A DNA stretch of 64,000 nt from Haliotis rubra. Taxonomy: Eukaryota. The stretch spans positions 992,001 through 1,056,000 of the forward strand of contig NW_025766336.1 of assembly GCF_003918875.1 (NCBI RefSeq), written 5' to 3'. Positions 12,483 through 24,900 of this stretch are shown one piece after another (position 1 is the first letter of the stretch; every line of letters begins with the position of its first letter). The notes beneath the pieces were generated by a model, which was not told where the DNA came from, searched no databases, and worked only from the letters and a program-made list of their open reading frames with translations. The position numbers and the translations under genes are program-made.

Positions 12483-13580
12483 AAATTTTTTATTATAACT
12501 AAAAATACAGTGTCAAAAAGTGGAAGAAGAGACATTAGGTCACGTGTCTTTGTCATCAGAAAACAACTATTCAGTGTGAAATAACACACGAGAGGGTCCT
12601 TGACTCTGGAATAGAATAGGTCGCCAATTTTAAGTGGAAAGTAAATGTTGTAATTTAGTTTCTGGGGATACTTGTCCCCATTCAGACATGTTACTGAGGA
12701 TGCTCAAGGTAAAAATAAAAATCTTCAAGGGACATAACTCTTGTAATAAAACTCGTCTTCGTCACGACTGTGATTATGACCAAGATAGGCATGCTGTCGT
12801 TCATTCACTTAACTTCCGCAGTTAAAACTCTTGTCCCTATTTCATGGAGTATGCTGCTACCTAAACAACATGAAACATATACCATAAGCCAATATCTGTT
12901 TAACAACACCCAAACCCAAACCAAGTGTATACACTAAAGTTTGGAGAGATTTACTTTAATTATTGATGTTCAAGGTCATCCCAAAAACTGCACAAGGTCT
13001 CCTACAACCCATTGCTACTCGCAGGTGACCAAATGATTCAGATTCTCCATTTGCTGTCAGTCCTCATCTTGGATTATACTACTCACACTGTGCTAAGGAT
13101 CACAAAAATTCACAACTTCAACTTCACTTAAACGTAGATTTCTAATTTGAAATTGTATCCATTTAAAATTGGATAAATATGGTAACCCTCTTTAGGCAAA
13201 CAGACACTTTAATCTACCCTTATGCACTTGATACATGAGTAACTATAGAAATGGTTTTCATGGCGCCAATCAACCATTTTGCAAATCATGGAATGGAGTC
13301 ATTGACAAAACATGTCAATAGCAGGTATGGGATCCACAAGTTGCAATGACATACTGAAACCTAGGATCCATGCTTACAATAAACTTGGTATTTAAACCGA
13401 ATCTGAACCCACATCATAGTTTTCTGTTAAATCCATGATTTCATCCTTATCAAAGTGTGAATAGTATGTAGAGATGTTTTCAGGTTCCATTTACCCCATT
13501 ATCAATTTCAAAAACAATAACTCAACATTTAGCTTCCATGAATTTATTTCCAGAGGAAATACACTTGGAGAATGACTTGC

Positions 13581-16500
13581 TTAGACCTTCCTTTCCAACT
13601 CCTTCTTGAGTGGGCCCTGAAAAATAAAGTTCCTTGTTAATGACTTGACAAATCAAAAGAACCAGGTTAAGGACTAAAAAATGTTGCCTTAAATTTAGTT
13701 TTTAACTTTATAACAAATCTAGAGGAGATACCAACCAAATATGACAGGAACCAAAAAGTAACTCAAAGCAGTCTCAACACCTGCATCATTATCAGCCTGC
13801 AGCTGCAACACAAGGCACATGTGATCTACTTTGGCTTGGTACAGCAACCCATTCTGAAATGGAGGACTGTGCACTAGACCTTTAAAGCTTAATTTCATTC
13901 TTACCATGAAGTTCCTCCTCTCGTCCTGGGTCTGGAAACGTCCATGGCCCCACTTGCTGGCGGTGTCCACAAACTTCAGGGTAATCTTTTCCATGAAGCG
14001 TTTCTTGAATTGGGTGATCAGGGACTGAAATAAAACGATATTTACAATTTTAATGCAAGGTTAGAGTAAGTCTGATGATTGTCGAGTTTTAAACATTCAA
14101 GCTGCTTAAGATTTACTATAGAATACAGCATCAGAAGGAAGGCAACATGGTTAGTTCCACACAAAGTTCAGGTACCCCTGGCAGGGGGTACAGATTCCAT
14201 GTATTCATCACATGCTGGGTTCTCACACCAAGCTTGGAGGAGGCAGTATCATGCAGCTAAAAGCTTCATTTTTAAATAGCAATTAGAGGGAGCCGCAAAA
14301 CTCAATGGGATGCTCAATTAGCTTTTTAAAACACTAATCCAATTTAAGTTACCTCAAGCACTCACATAAGCAAAAATATTCTTATTCTACAAGTTCAGTT
14401 TTGAATGAAAATTTACCAAACATGCACCAATCTACTTACTTTTCGCAGTGTGAGTGGCCTCTTCTTGGGTCCAACACAACATCCCTTGAGCATCACGAAG
14501 TCATTCCTTACTTCACCATAGTGAGGGAAACCACCCATTGGTGTAATGGTCTTCTCAGTGGGGTCGAAGTCAGTGGCAGCATTATTCTTTATCACCTTGC
14601 CATCCTTGGTATGGATTCCAGCACCCAGGCGGTAGATCTTCTTATTCCTCTCAGTACGGTGGTGATAGCCCTTCTGACCAGCCCTGGCCACAGTGTACTG
14701 AACTCTGCTGGGATGCCAGGCTCCAATACAGGCCACCTTCCTCAGACCCTTGTGAGTCTTCCTGGGCAGTTTCTTACAATGCCAACGGGAAGTCACACCT
14801 ATGAACAAATTCATCTCATTGTGAACAGGCATATGATGGGTACTTCAGCTTAACAGAACATAATTCAACAAATAAAAAAAGACAAACATGCAAATTTAAG
14901 CAACCAACTTCAACCTACCTTTCACTCCTCTACCCTTGGTGACGCCGATGACATCAATGACCTCATCTTGTTCAAACACAGAGCTGACAGGGACAGGCTT
15001 CTCAAGGTGCTCACGGGCCCAGTCAACCTTGTCGGCAATACTGCCACCATTAAGCTGAATTTCCATTAAATGTGCCTTCTTTTGGCGCTTTCGGAGGAGC
15101 TTAGTCTACAACACAAATGTAAGAACCAATGAGCCCTACTTCACATTTCATAAAAAAAACCATGCACCACTGACATGTCCCACTGTAAAAAATCTGCTAA
15201 CATATCTACATTCACCTCTGAACCACAAAGTTTGTCGTAGCAGTATATTTTATGATAACAAGCATTGTCACTAAGGTGACATAATCCCCCTCAAATTAAC
15301 AAATCAAACTTATAAAGTAATGAAAGTTTAAGATGTTAAATGTCAACAAAAACATGACCAGTCAAATCGACTGGGCCCTGTGCCTTCCCTAGATAAAGCT
15401 TGGTGTTGAATATGAAGAAAATCCAGGGAACGGTTATTGAGATAGCTTAACATGCAGGTAAAACGTTAAAGTCCCCTTGTGACCTTGAAATGAAAGTCAA
15501 GGTCACCAAACCTGACTTGGACCTTTCTTACACTGTGATGAACCTAGGTACCAAATATGAAAAGAATCTATAGAACGGTTCTTAAGATATTCCAATTCGT
15601 ACGGACAGACGGAGCCTAATACTATATGCCCTGCTTCACGCTAAACTCGCGGCTGGGTATAGCAAGACCTGTGCAGTGTGGCTTTAAACAAACCCAAGTC
15701 GAACGGGTATCGCAATGCACAACAAATATTAATGTTCCATCTACATCTAACATCCAAGCTAGTTAAAGTAACAGAATAAGCCTACTAAACAAATGACAAG
15801 GATCTAACCATGTTTCACTACATGCTAAATTTTTTCACAAGGCAGACTGTAACTATGCAATGTAAATGACAGATTGGTTTATAAATTGTGTGCTATGAAT
15901 TGTCTATTTGTAAACAATGTAATGAATACGTTTTTAAAAAACAACTCATTCAAGCTTAGTACATAAAATGTCCATGTATGCAGACTTTGTCTCAACACTA
16001 TATGGCTGACATAATGTCAATGCAATGCAAAACTCAACTCAACTATGTATTCCAGAAGGCATAAAAGTTGCGATAAATGTAATTCTATTTTGAAAGTAAC
16101 TACAAAGGCACGAACTTATATCCTCAAATAGTTAAATCTGTGTAGGCATACTTGATTAGGTTAAAAATAGAAAATCTACAAAATACAATGTCCAAGTGTT
16201 AACCTGAGACCCTCAGGCCCCTTGGATATTGTTGACTTGCAGCTATGAAATTGCAGTAAGGGGAAAAACGTTGGTCACAAAAATATAAGAAAGACAATGA
16301 GGAGACTGTGTCATTGGATCTATTCTCGTCACCTGTCAGTTGAAAATTTGTCACGAAATTAAATGAAATGTATAAGAACTCTGAACTAAAACTAAGTCTC
16401 ACCTGGGTGTGGGCAATGACACGGATGATAGTGCAGTACTTCTTCAGCTTGGCAAAGTCCCGGTCAATTTCCTTCATGCCAGCTTCATCCTGCCATTTCT

Positions 16501-18646
16501 TGTTGCTCTTGGTGAATGCCTTCTTCTTGGACCGAGACCTATTGAAATCATCCAGTTTATCTCATCATGAACCAAGTCCATGAGCGGAGATGGATAGTTA
16601 AATGCTCATCAGTTTTAAACCGAGAGGAGCAGACAGATGTGGAAGGTCCTGGACCCTGTAAAAGTTCTCACAAAAACAGCTGTTCTGCTTGATAACATTC
16701 AAAACATTCTAGTAACTACAGAAATCTCAGACCCTGCCTTATTACAGCTTATATTTACAGATTACTTACAGAATGATTTAAGTGATGTGATAGAATGTTA
16801 CTCAATCTCAATGTCTAACTTGCAAAATATCCCTTAATCCATGCATCCTGTAAATATGAGTAAACCAGCTCGTAACTGAAAACATGAGTGATATTCCTGT
16901 AATGACACTTAACCATAGCATTGTACAACTAACCCAATCCCCATTCAGTCAACTAATGTAAATGAAGTACATAGAGCCTATTTTGTCTGAAGCAACTGAA
17001 GGGATAATACTTCTTGCAAATTCACTATTATCAACTTTAAAAGATTAGTTACCAGTTCTTGTAGAAGCGACGTCTGCACTCCTCACTAAGATGTTCAGCC
17101 CAGATGGTCTTGAGGGTCCTCAGTCCATGGGGTGTTTCAATATATCCTGTAACACCAGCAATGACCATTGGTGGTGCCTCCAGGATGGTGACAGCCTCCA
17201 CAACTTCCTTCTTGTTGGTTTCTGATGAGAGAAGTAACATGACTCAATCACAGCATGAATCTCAAGTAAATACTCTACCCAATACTTCTTTGTTTACAGG
17301 GCAGTCTTCTCACAGTACCACAAATATTGAACACATTCTGAACTCAAAAGGGTAAGAGTTCCTACCATTCCCCCATCCCAAATAATGTTTATGAATTAAC
17401 ATATAGTAAAATTAATTAACAAAACTTAACACAATTACTAGAGAACTCACAAAAATGACAAAAAGTCCAAAATTTAAGTTGGGGGAACGGCAGGAACTCT
17501 TTCACTCCAAAGTGAAATAATACTTGTAAGGGAAGTTAACTACCTGTGGAACTGGAATTTGTTTTATCTACATTCTGTATAGACATTTTCTTAGAAATAT
17601 GTAATTATTAAACAAGTTTGAAGACATTATTTCAATACGACAAGGCTTTCTTTCAGTGGGTTCATGAGCTATAATTCAGAATAAACTTCACATGTTAAAA
17701 AATACAACCATATTTTCTTGAATGTTTGGTCAAATTCTAATTTCCTCAATTCCACACCGACCATTTCATTAGCAAGTTAAGATCCATCACATCCCCTAAA
17801 ACTGTCACTTACATTCTTGATACCTCACTTTAAACACCCAGGAGTAAGTGAGTTTAGTTTTACTCCGCACTCAGCAATATTCCAGCTAAAAGGCGGCGGT
17901 CTGTAAATAATCATGTCTGGACCATACAATCCAGTGATCAACAGCATGAACATCGATCTGCATGATTGGGAACGAATGACATGTGTCGACCAAGTTAGCG
18001 AGGCTGACCTGATCCCGTTGGTCGCCTCTTACAACAAGCATGGGTTCAATATTCTAACCCGGACCTTCACAGGTCTAAACACTCAAGAATATTTATAACA
18101 AGTTCACTGCCTATTTAAAACTGTCCATATCAGAACTTTATTTGCATAAGGCCGTAAAGCTGTAATTTAAATATCAACATCGTGCAGAGTTCAGTCCCTG
18201 CAATAAATAGTCGGTGTCGCAGTGGTATGGTGTAATTCTTGTGGTTAATATGTAAAATAAATGGGCATGAAATCGCACGTACTGGAACCTGGTCTGTCGA
18301 CCTCACGGACAATATGGGTCATGCCAGCCTTATACGTCAAAAACGTTGTCAGGTGAACAGGTTTGCTCTTATCATCTCTTGGGAAGGACTTGACTTTGCC
18401 ACGTTGTCTTCTACTTCTCTTCTTGGGCAAAAAGCCCTTTGAACCGTGACGTGGTGCCGAGAACTTACGATGCGACTGAAATGTATATTTTCCATGTTAA
18501 AATACTTAATCGGACAAAAATATACGCTTCGTGTGTCATTTAAATGTTTACAGTTCGTTTGTTTTCAACATGTAATCAACTATGCTCAATCTATCTGCAG
18601 GATGGCACCGATAATGTTCAGAGCTATCCTTCCTGCTTCTTACCAT
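13581..18646 (-). CDS. RPL3: 60S ribosomal protein L3 (uL3), 400 aa, 8 coding exons
   Basis: Exons (minus): 18644-18646 (ATG), 18283-18475, 17053-17221, 16403-16538, 14919-15105, 14440-14798, 13905-14024, 13581-13616; all GT-AG with consistent phases, 1203 nt in total. Motifs [63 protein letters not shown] at 13543-13548. Confidence 0.98.
14126..14217 (-). ncRNA. SNORD83: Box C/D snoRNA of the SNORD83 family in RPL3 intron 6
   Basis: Minus strand: CAGCAT terminal stem, box C GTGATGA, internal hairpin GTACCCC/GGGGTAC, D' CTGA, guide TGTTGCCTTCCTT, box D CTGA, then TGCTG closing the stem. The guide pairs with the conserved 18S sequence AAGGAAGGCAGCA. Vertebrate SNORD83A/B also reside in RPL3 introns. 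Confidence 0.88.
15257..15661 (+). mobile_element. Helentron-associated (HINE/DINE-1-like) non-autonomous element in RPL3 intron 4
   Basis: AACAAG start; internal palindrome GTGACCTTGA..TCAAGGTCAC; ACGGACAGACGGA microsatellite; short 3' hairpin. This is the architecture typical of mollusc HINEs. Confidence 0.6.
17846..18075 (-). mobile_element. SINE family B copy (RPL3 intron 2)
   Basis: Reverse complement of the ~240-bp unit at 20549, 30389 and 43065; (ACTC)n tail; degenerate TSD TAAACAC(C/T)CA(G/A)GA. Confidence 0.85.
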
Positions 18647-18911
18647 GCTGGCAGGTACAGCGGAAAAGGACAGTCACAAACGAGGTTCTTCCGGTTTACG
18701 ACTACTGTCGTTTTCGCCTATGCACTCTCAGATCATAAAATAAACATTGATAACAGCAGATAGATAAAGTCCTATGTCACATTTCTATTACCACCCAAAC
18801 TATTAATAAACAATTTAGCGAGTTCGTTTCGATAAATTTCAGCTTGCCGTAAACTCCAAGGTTTGTCCTTAACCTTCAAATACAGCGAGATATCTTGTAG
18901 GAGAGAAGAAA
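18647..18911. promoter_or_regulatory. Bidirectional promoter region RPL3/NDUFB10 with a TCT/5'TOP start for RPL3
   Basis: Minus-strand CTGTCCTTTTCCG at 18661-18673 just upstream of the RPL3 ATG; ETS-type CTTCCGG at 18688-18694; divergent ATGs at 18646 and 18912. Confidence 0.75.
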
Positions 18912-21900
18912 ATGTCAGACGACAACGATCCCTCCTTCGCAAAAGTTGCAATGGGTGTATTCAAGATTATTGATGCCCCAGTGACGCTTTTCAGAGGTAC
19001 ATAATTGTTGTTTTAGTAATAGACCTAGCCGGTGAAAATTCCGTATAAAGACCCCCTGTTTTCGCACACATGCGTTCTAAAGAGATCCCTCGCATAGTTT
19101 GAAGTCCCAACTTGTTGCCATGGCATGGAAGCGCAGTTTTATAAATGTTTCTGATTGGCTCTAGGTACCAGTTAAGTATGTGCATGATTCTCTGGAAGCG
19201 AAATGTGGCGAACGGAATTCCTTTTTTAATAGTATAAATGCTATGGTTAAGTGTCATTACAGGAATATCACTCATGTTTTCAGTTACTAGCTGGTTTAAT
19301 TATGTTTAAACCTAAAATTGCCTCCATTACACAACATATCCCTCCAATAAGGATGGAATGGGAAGCCCGTATCTTTCGTTTATTGGCGACCTAGCTTCGT
19401 GTATTGGCGACTTTATCGCGTGTATTGGCGCCCTACTTTCAAATACTGGCACCCTATTACTGACCAGGGTGCCGTTGTACAAAACAACCTTAGCGCTAAG
19501 GCTACCTTAAGTCCATTTTAAGGTATGGGAGTTACGGTCACCTTAGCTCTAAGATCGTTTTGTACAACGGCACCCCGGTCCTCACGCTGAATCCAAACAG
19601 TAATACCCCCATTACTGAAATACAGAAACACTTTAGCACCATTACGTTCCACAACGAAGTGTACAGTTTTAGCACTTGAATTGCAGCAGTGTAACAGTGG
19701 GGGACACGACGCATGGGCTTTATACATTGTGCCTTTGCAGGGAATCGAACCCGCGCCGCAGTCACTATAACCACTAGGCTGCCTCACTTATTAATTACGT
19801 CTATGGGCGGTGAGGTAGCCTAGTGGTTAAAGTGCCTGCAGTGCGGGTTCGATTCCCCAGTCATCACAACCCACTGGCCTGCAGTCAAGTTGTACATACA
19901 TTGCATACAGGCTGCACTGTAGCCGTCGTCATGTTTTTTTTTAAACAACTATTTTTTAAAAAGATATTAATTTCATTTTTTTTTAAGATTTAAAGTGCTC
20001 ACCATATTATTCACTCACCTCAATGACATGTACTTTTGGTCAAGTCTATATGGACAACGGCCCATTCAAATAAAAGGCGGTTTCAAGCAATTTTTTTTAG
20101 GGGTGTCATCCCCAATTCAAGCAAACCCGACTCCCACAATGCATCCTCCTCCTGTGGTGTGATGACGCTAGCTTGTCTAGCCTTCTACGCATGCCAAAAC
20201 CAGACTGTGCCAGTGATTACATTTTAGCATCTAAAATGGTTCTTAAACCCCTAAGGGGGGCAGTGGGGTAGCCTAGTGGTTAAAGCGGTGGCTCGTCACG
20301 CCGAAGACCCGGGTTCGAATCCCCACATGGGTACAGTGTGTGAAGCCCATTTCTGGTGTCCCCCGACGTGATGTTGCTGGAATATTGCTAAAAGCGGCGT
20401 AAAACCAAACTCAGTCAGTCTTAAACCCCTAAAAGCAAAGTAGGTGTTTAGGTTAACATCTCGACCACTTTGGCGCAAGAATCTCTGCATCAAAATAAGA
20501 ATCTCGTGAACTATGTTGCCCTTGTTGACCTCCCTTTTTGGTTCCTTACCCGTGAAGGTCCGGGTTAGAATATTGGCCTTCAGTAACCCATGCTTATTGT
20601 AAGAGGCAACTAACGTGATCGGGTGGCCAGGCTCGCTGACTTGGTTGACATGTCATCGGTTCCCAATTGCGCAGATCGATGCTCATGCTGTTGATAACTT
20701 GATTGTCAGGTCCAAACCATTATTTACAGACCGCCGCCATATAGCTGGAATATTGCTGAGTGCGGCGGAAAATTTAACTCACTCACTCCTTTGGTTCCTT
20801 AGTGTTTTGAAAAACAGACTCAGCGTCCTATTCAGATCTTTATCAGAAATACTTAATAATCTGCTGCCTAACTGGGATTCAAACCCATCCCTTTCACGTT
20901 GCCAGGAATCGAAAACCCGCACTGCCCGCTGCTTTTCTTTTCTGAATTTTATTTTTGCGCGATTTATATTCAGAAACTGAGAGAGGTTTGCCAAAACGTT
21001 TGGTAGTTGTTTGTTCACTTTCTTTTTCTATCTGCTGAGAAGCAAGCATCAGTTCATCATCTGCTGAACTATTCATTTGGTCAAATTCCCGTTCTAGGTT
21101 TTGCGACTCACGCAGCAATTCTTCATCCGAAGAACTATTCCCAACTGTATCTACATGATTTTTGTCCCCTTTCAGAGTGATATCAAAATTGACACTTGAA
21201 ATACTTCCATTCAATTGCTTTGGAAAATGTATTAATTTTGAGTGCCAAAGACATCGCATAAAGAACCCCATTCGCCTGACATGATTGAAAACATCTGGTA
21301 AAATGGATGCAGTAAAATATTTCGTTTGTTTTGTATCCCTCCAATACGCTGCCACGTGCACAGTAGAGCGTGTTCATAGCGTGTGTATCGTGCATAACGT
21401 GCTACCCAGATGTAGGACGCCAATATTAATATTGCTGTGTTCGGGTGCAAGAGTTACGAAACTAGGGCGCCAATATGTATGATTTTAGGTTTAAGCGCAA
21501 TAAACTCTTCAGACTCGCCAATATTTGCGCGGCTGGATGGGTCCTCGCCTAACGGCCTCGGACTCAGCCAGCCGCTCGAATATTGGCGAGTCTTCAGAGT
21601 TTATTCCTTACATAAGCACAGACCATAAAGGTATGTTTTTTTGCTTGACATTAACTCTTTCCATGATATAACATAATAGGTGTTGGGGATACGATGCCAA
21701 TTTTTATTCACATTGACACATAAAATAACAAACTTTTCATATAAATACATAAAATCCTCCTCTCTTAACACTAGTAAAAATCTATCAGTAAAACAGGTTG
21801 CCCAGGGAGGTGGGCGGGTGTCTTTACACGTCGACTGCAGCCGCGAGACTGACTCTTCGTCCCATATGACGACGAGTCGCATGCCATCAGACGCGACGCC

Positions 21901-24900
21901 ACGTGCAAGTAAGCTTAGCGCATGGAGTGCCGTTTTCCCGATACTGGCGGTGAGGCGCCCGTCTGTCCATGACCTGGAGTTAAACTTTAATAATATAAAT
22001 TATTACCCCTATAATTTGAGTAGTTCAATAGTAAATATCCAACAATCAATGGGGGCCTACCAAGACGTTTACCGTTGTTGAACTAATAATTTTAGTAGCT
22101 TTCTACTGATGCTTACCAGATGTTAATTCACTGGCAGCTTGTTTATCGACAAGCAATCTCCTGTTTTCGCTTTAGTGTCAAAAAGCTCAGAATCAAGCTA
22201 CAAAACAGATAAGATTTTGATCAAATTTGAGAAATATATCAGTTTGAAACAGAGATCACTTTGAAAGAATGGATGCAGGTGTTGATATTAGCTATCAGAC
22301 CATCACATGGCTTGTTCGAGACTCATTTGATGCCAATAGCAAGCCATTGAGGTGAGCTAAAACATTCAAACCTGATTGCATTTCAACCTCTCATGTCTTT
22401 GTGAATCTCCGGAATGGATATGGACTTATTCTTCATACTCTATTAAATTAAACATTTGAATAAAAGAACATGATTAACCATATCAACATATTAGGTACCA
22501 CATAATAACAATTCGAATATTTGTTTCTATTTTGTGAGCACATGTGTCTTATCCAAGTAAAAACTGTTTAAGCCAGGATACATTATTTGTCATCTGTGTT
22601 GTGTATTAATTTTGCAATAATGACTGACTGACTGAGATTGGTTTTTACGCCGCTTTTAGCAATATTCCAGCAACATCACGGCGGGGGACACCAGAAATGG
22701 GCTTCACACATTGTGCCCATGTGGGGATTCGAACCCGGGTCTTCGGCATGACGAGCCAACGCTTTAACCACTAGGCTACCCCACGGCCCCTTTGCAATAA
22801 TGATCATGATGAAGTTAGGTTTGTATACTCAAAACAGAAACAACCCTTAAAACAAGGTCAGATGAATGTTAGTTGAAATATGGACATGCACAGTCATAAT
22901 GAAAGCAAGCAATATTCTGATTATTATAATTTTTATTGATTAAGCTATCATTTGTTCATTCAGAAGGGGGACAGTGTATTTTTATCTGCACAATATCATG
23001 TTGATGGATCGCATCACCCTTTCAAGTACAAAATTAATCAACAGCAAAGATACATGTTAATGTGGCTGCAGATCTTCACTGTATATTCTTTGTTATGATT
23101 TCCAGTTTCTCATTTTTTTATTTTGATTTTGCCAAAAAAAGTCAAGATCATAGTAAAAAATATGCAAATCTTGACTCCTCAAAGAAAAAACAATCCTCAT
23201 TTCAGTACTTTCGAAGTTGGAGAGTTGTTACCCTGTAATAAAGTAGGGCTGCAGGGTTTGACAAACTTGGAACTTACGTGTTCATCTACAGCACTCTTCT
23301 TTTCAATTTGGAGTACAGCACTTTGCAGTGACAACATTGGAGTTTATCAATCACAGCATTCAGCAATTTTCCAGCCACATGACAGCAGCCTGTAAATATT
23401 CAAGTCTCGACCAGACAACCCAGTGACTGGGGTACTGTTTTCACAATTGGGATACGATGACATGTGGCAATCAAGTCAGCGAGCCGGACTACCTGATCTG
23501 TTAGTGGCCCAGATCTTCATGGGTATTGAGGATCAGGATCCAAATGCCCACATATTTGTGTTGCTTGAACTATGTATTTACAAGGATATCTATGACTCAG
23601 TGTTGTGGCATTATTGCAGTTGAATTGTCAGCATCCGTGTCAAGCAAATCACCTCTTACCATCAACTATGTTTCTTTCAGAGAAGTTTGTGATTCCCAAC
23701 CAAGAGAAGAGCACGCACAAATGGTACCACAGACGATTCCGCCGTGTTCCCTCATTTGATGAGTGTGATGTTGATGATCCTATCTGCATGTATGAAGCTG
23801 AGGAACAGTATCGCCGAGACAAGTAGGTTAACTCCTTCATCAATATAAAGTACACTTTTAGCATCCAATTACATTCACTGAATGTTGTCTGGTAACTTGA
23901 GCCTTACTGAGATGGTAACAATCATGTAGAATTGGTTGAATTGCTTGCTGTTCTATCTCAGCATGCTAAGTCCTTGTCATAGCAAAGCAAAAAAATGAAA
24001 TGATGGGGTCATATCAAGTACTTAAGGTGCACACCACAGGTACCATACATTGTCCCATAACCTGAAAAGCTGAACAAACTCTTGCAGCCTATGTTTACTG
24101 TCAGTGTTGATGTCTCAGCCCTTTTTTCTTTACATTTTTAAAAAATTTGGTTTGAGCTGGTCAGGGCTCCAGATAAGGGTCGTATAAAAAATATGCAAGA
24201 TACGGTAGGAAATAGTTTAGAAAACGTAGCAGATACGCACCACAGCAATGGTGTACGGTCTTAGAATCATTTACAGACGTATTTATCTGAAAAAGTATTG
24301 TTTTATTGTTTATTGACAAAATTATCTGGAGCCCTGCCTGGTGCTCAACATATGTTCTGTATCTAGTGTTTTTTTCATCTTCCACCTTGATCATGTTGAT
24401 CACCTCCTTGCACTGTAAACACAATTTCCTGAGGAACGACCTGAGTACTGAAGCTCTAACTTGATGTGTTTATTCCCTCACTGACTTGAGTTTGGTCACC
24501 CCTGTCCAAGCGATTCCAAATTTCCATATTGCAACAGCAAATAATGTCATCATATTCAGTCATTTTTGTTACAAATTGGTTTGACTTGTGGATTTGTTTG
24601 GTTAGTTTTGGAATTTAATAGATATGTAAGTTTTCCTTTTCTGTGCATTATATATTATTTAACCTAGTATAGACCATGCTGCAAATATCTCTCATGTTGC
24701 ATATTTGTCTCTCTTTAATATTACAATCCTGAGAGAGCTTAACAGGGATCGAAGGCAGGTTTTGTGCCATAAATATCAATTCTGAAAGTGTTTTGTGATT
24801 GAGAACTACATATCTGGTGAGTGACAGTGAACTGGCATTCTGTTGTTGATTTTTTTGGACTTAAGAAAGTTAGTTGAAATAACCTTGTTAGTGTAAAATA

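Noticed and set aside
13740-13880. H/ACA snoRNA in RPL3 intron 7
   Set aside because: One short hairpin and an ANANNA are present, but there is no second hairpin with a terminal ACA.
16545-16640. Hammerhead or C/D snoRNA suggested by minus-strand CTGATGAG/ATGATGAG in RPL3 intron 3
   Set aside because: No stem II plus GAAA, and no downstream box D with a terminal stem before the acceptor.
20255-20330. tRNA genes (also at 22700-22790, 44500-44575, 59592 and 62243)
   Set aside because: The A/B boxes continue into SINE bodies with tails and TSDs; no complete cloverleaf or terminator.
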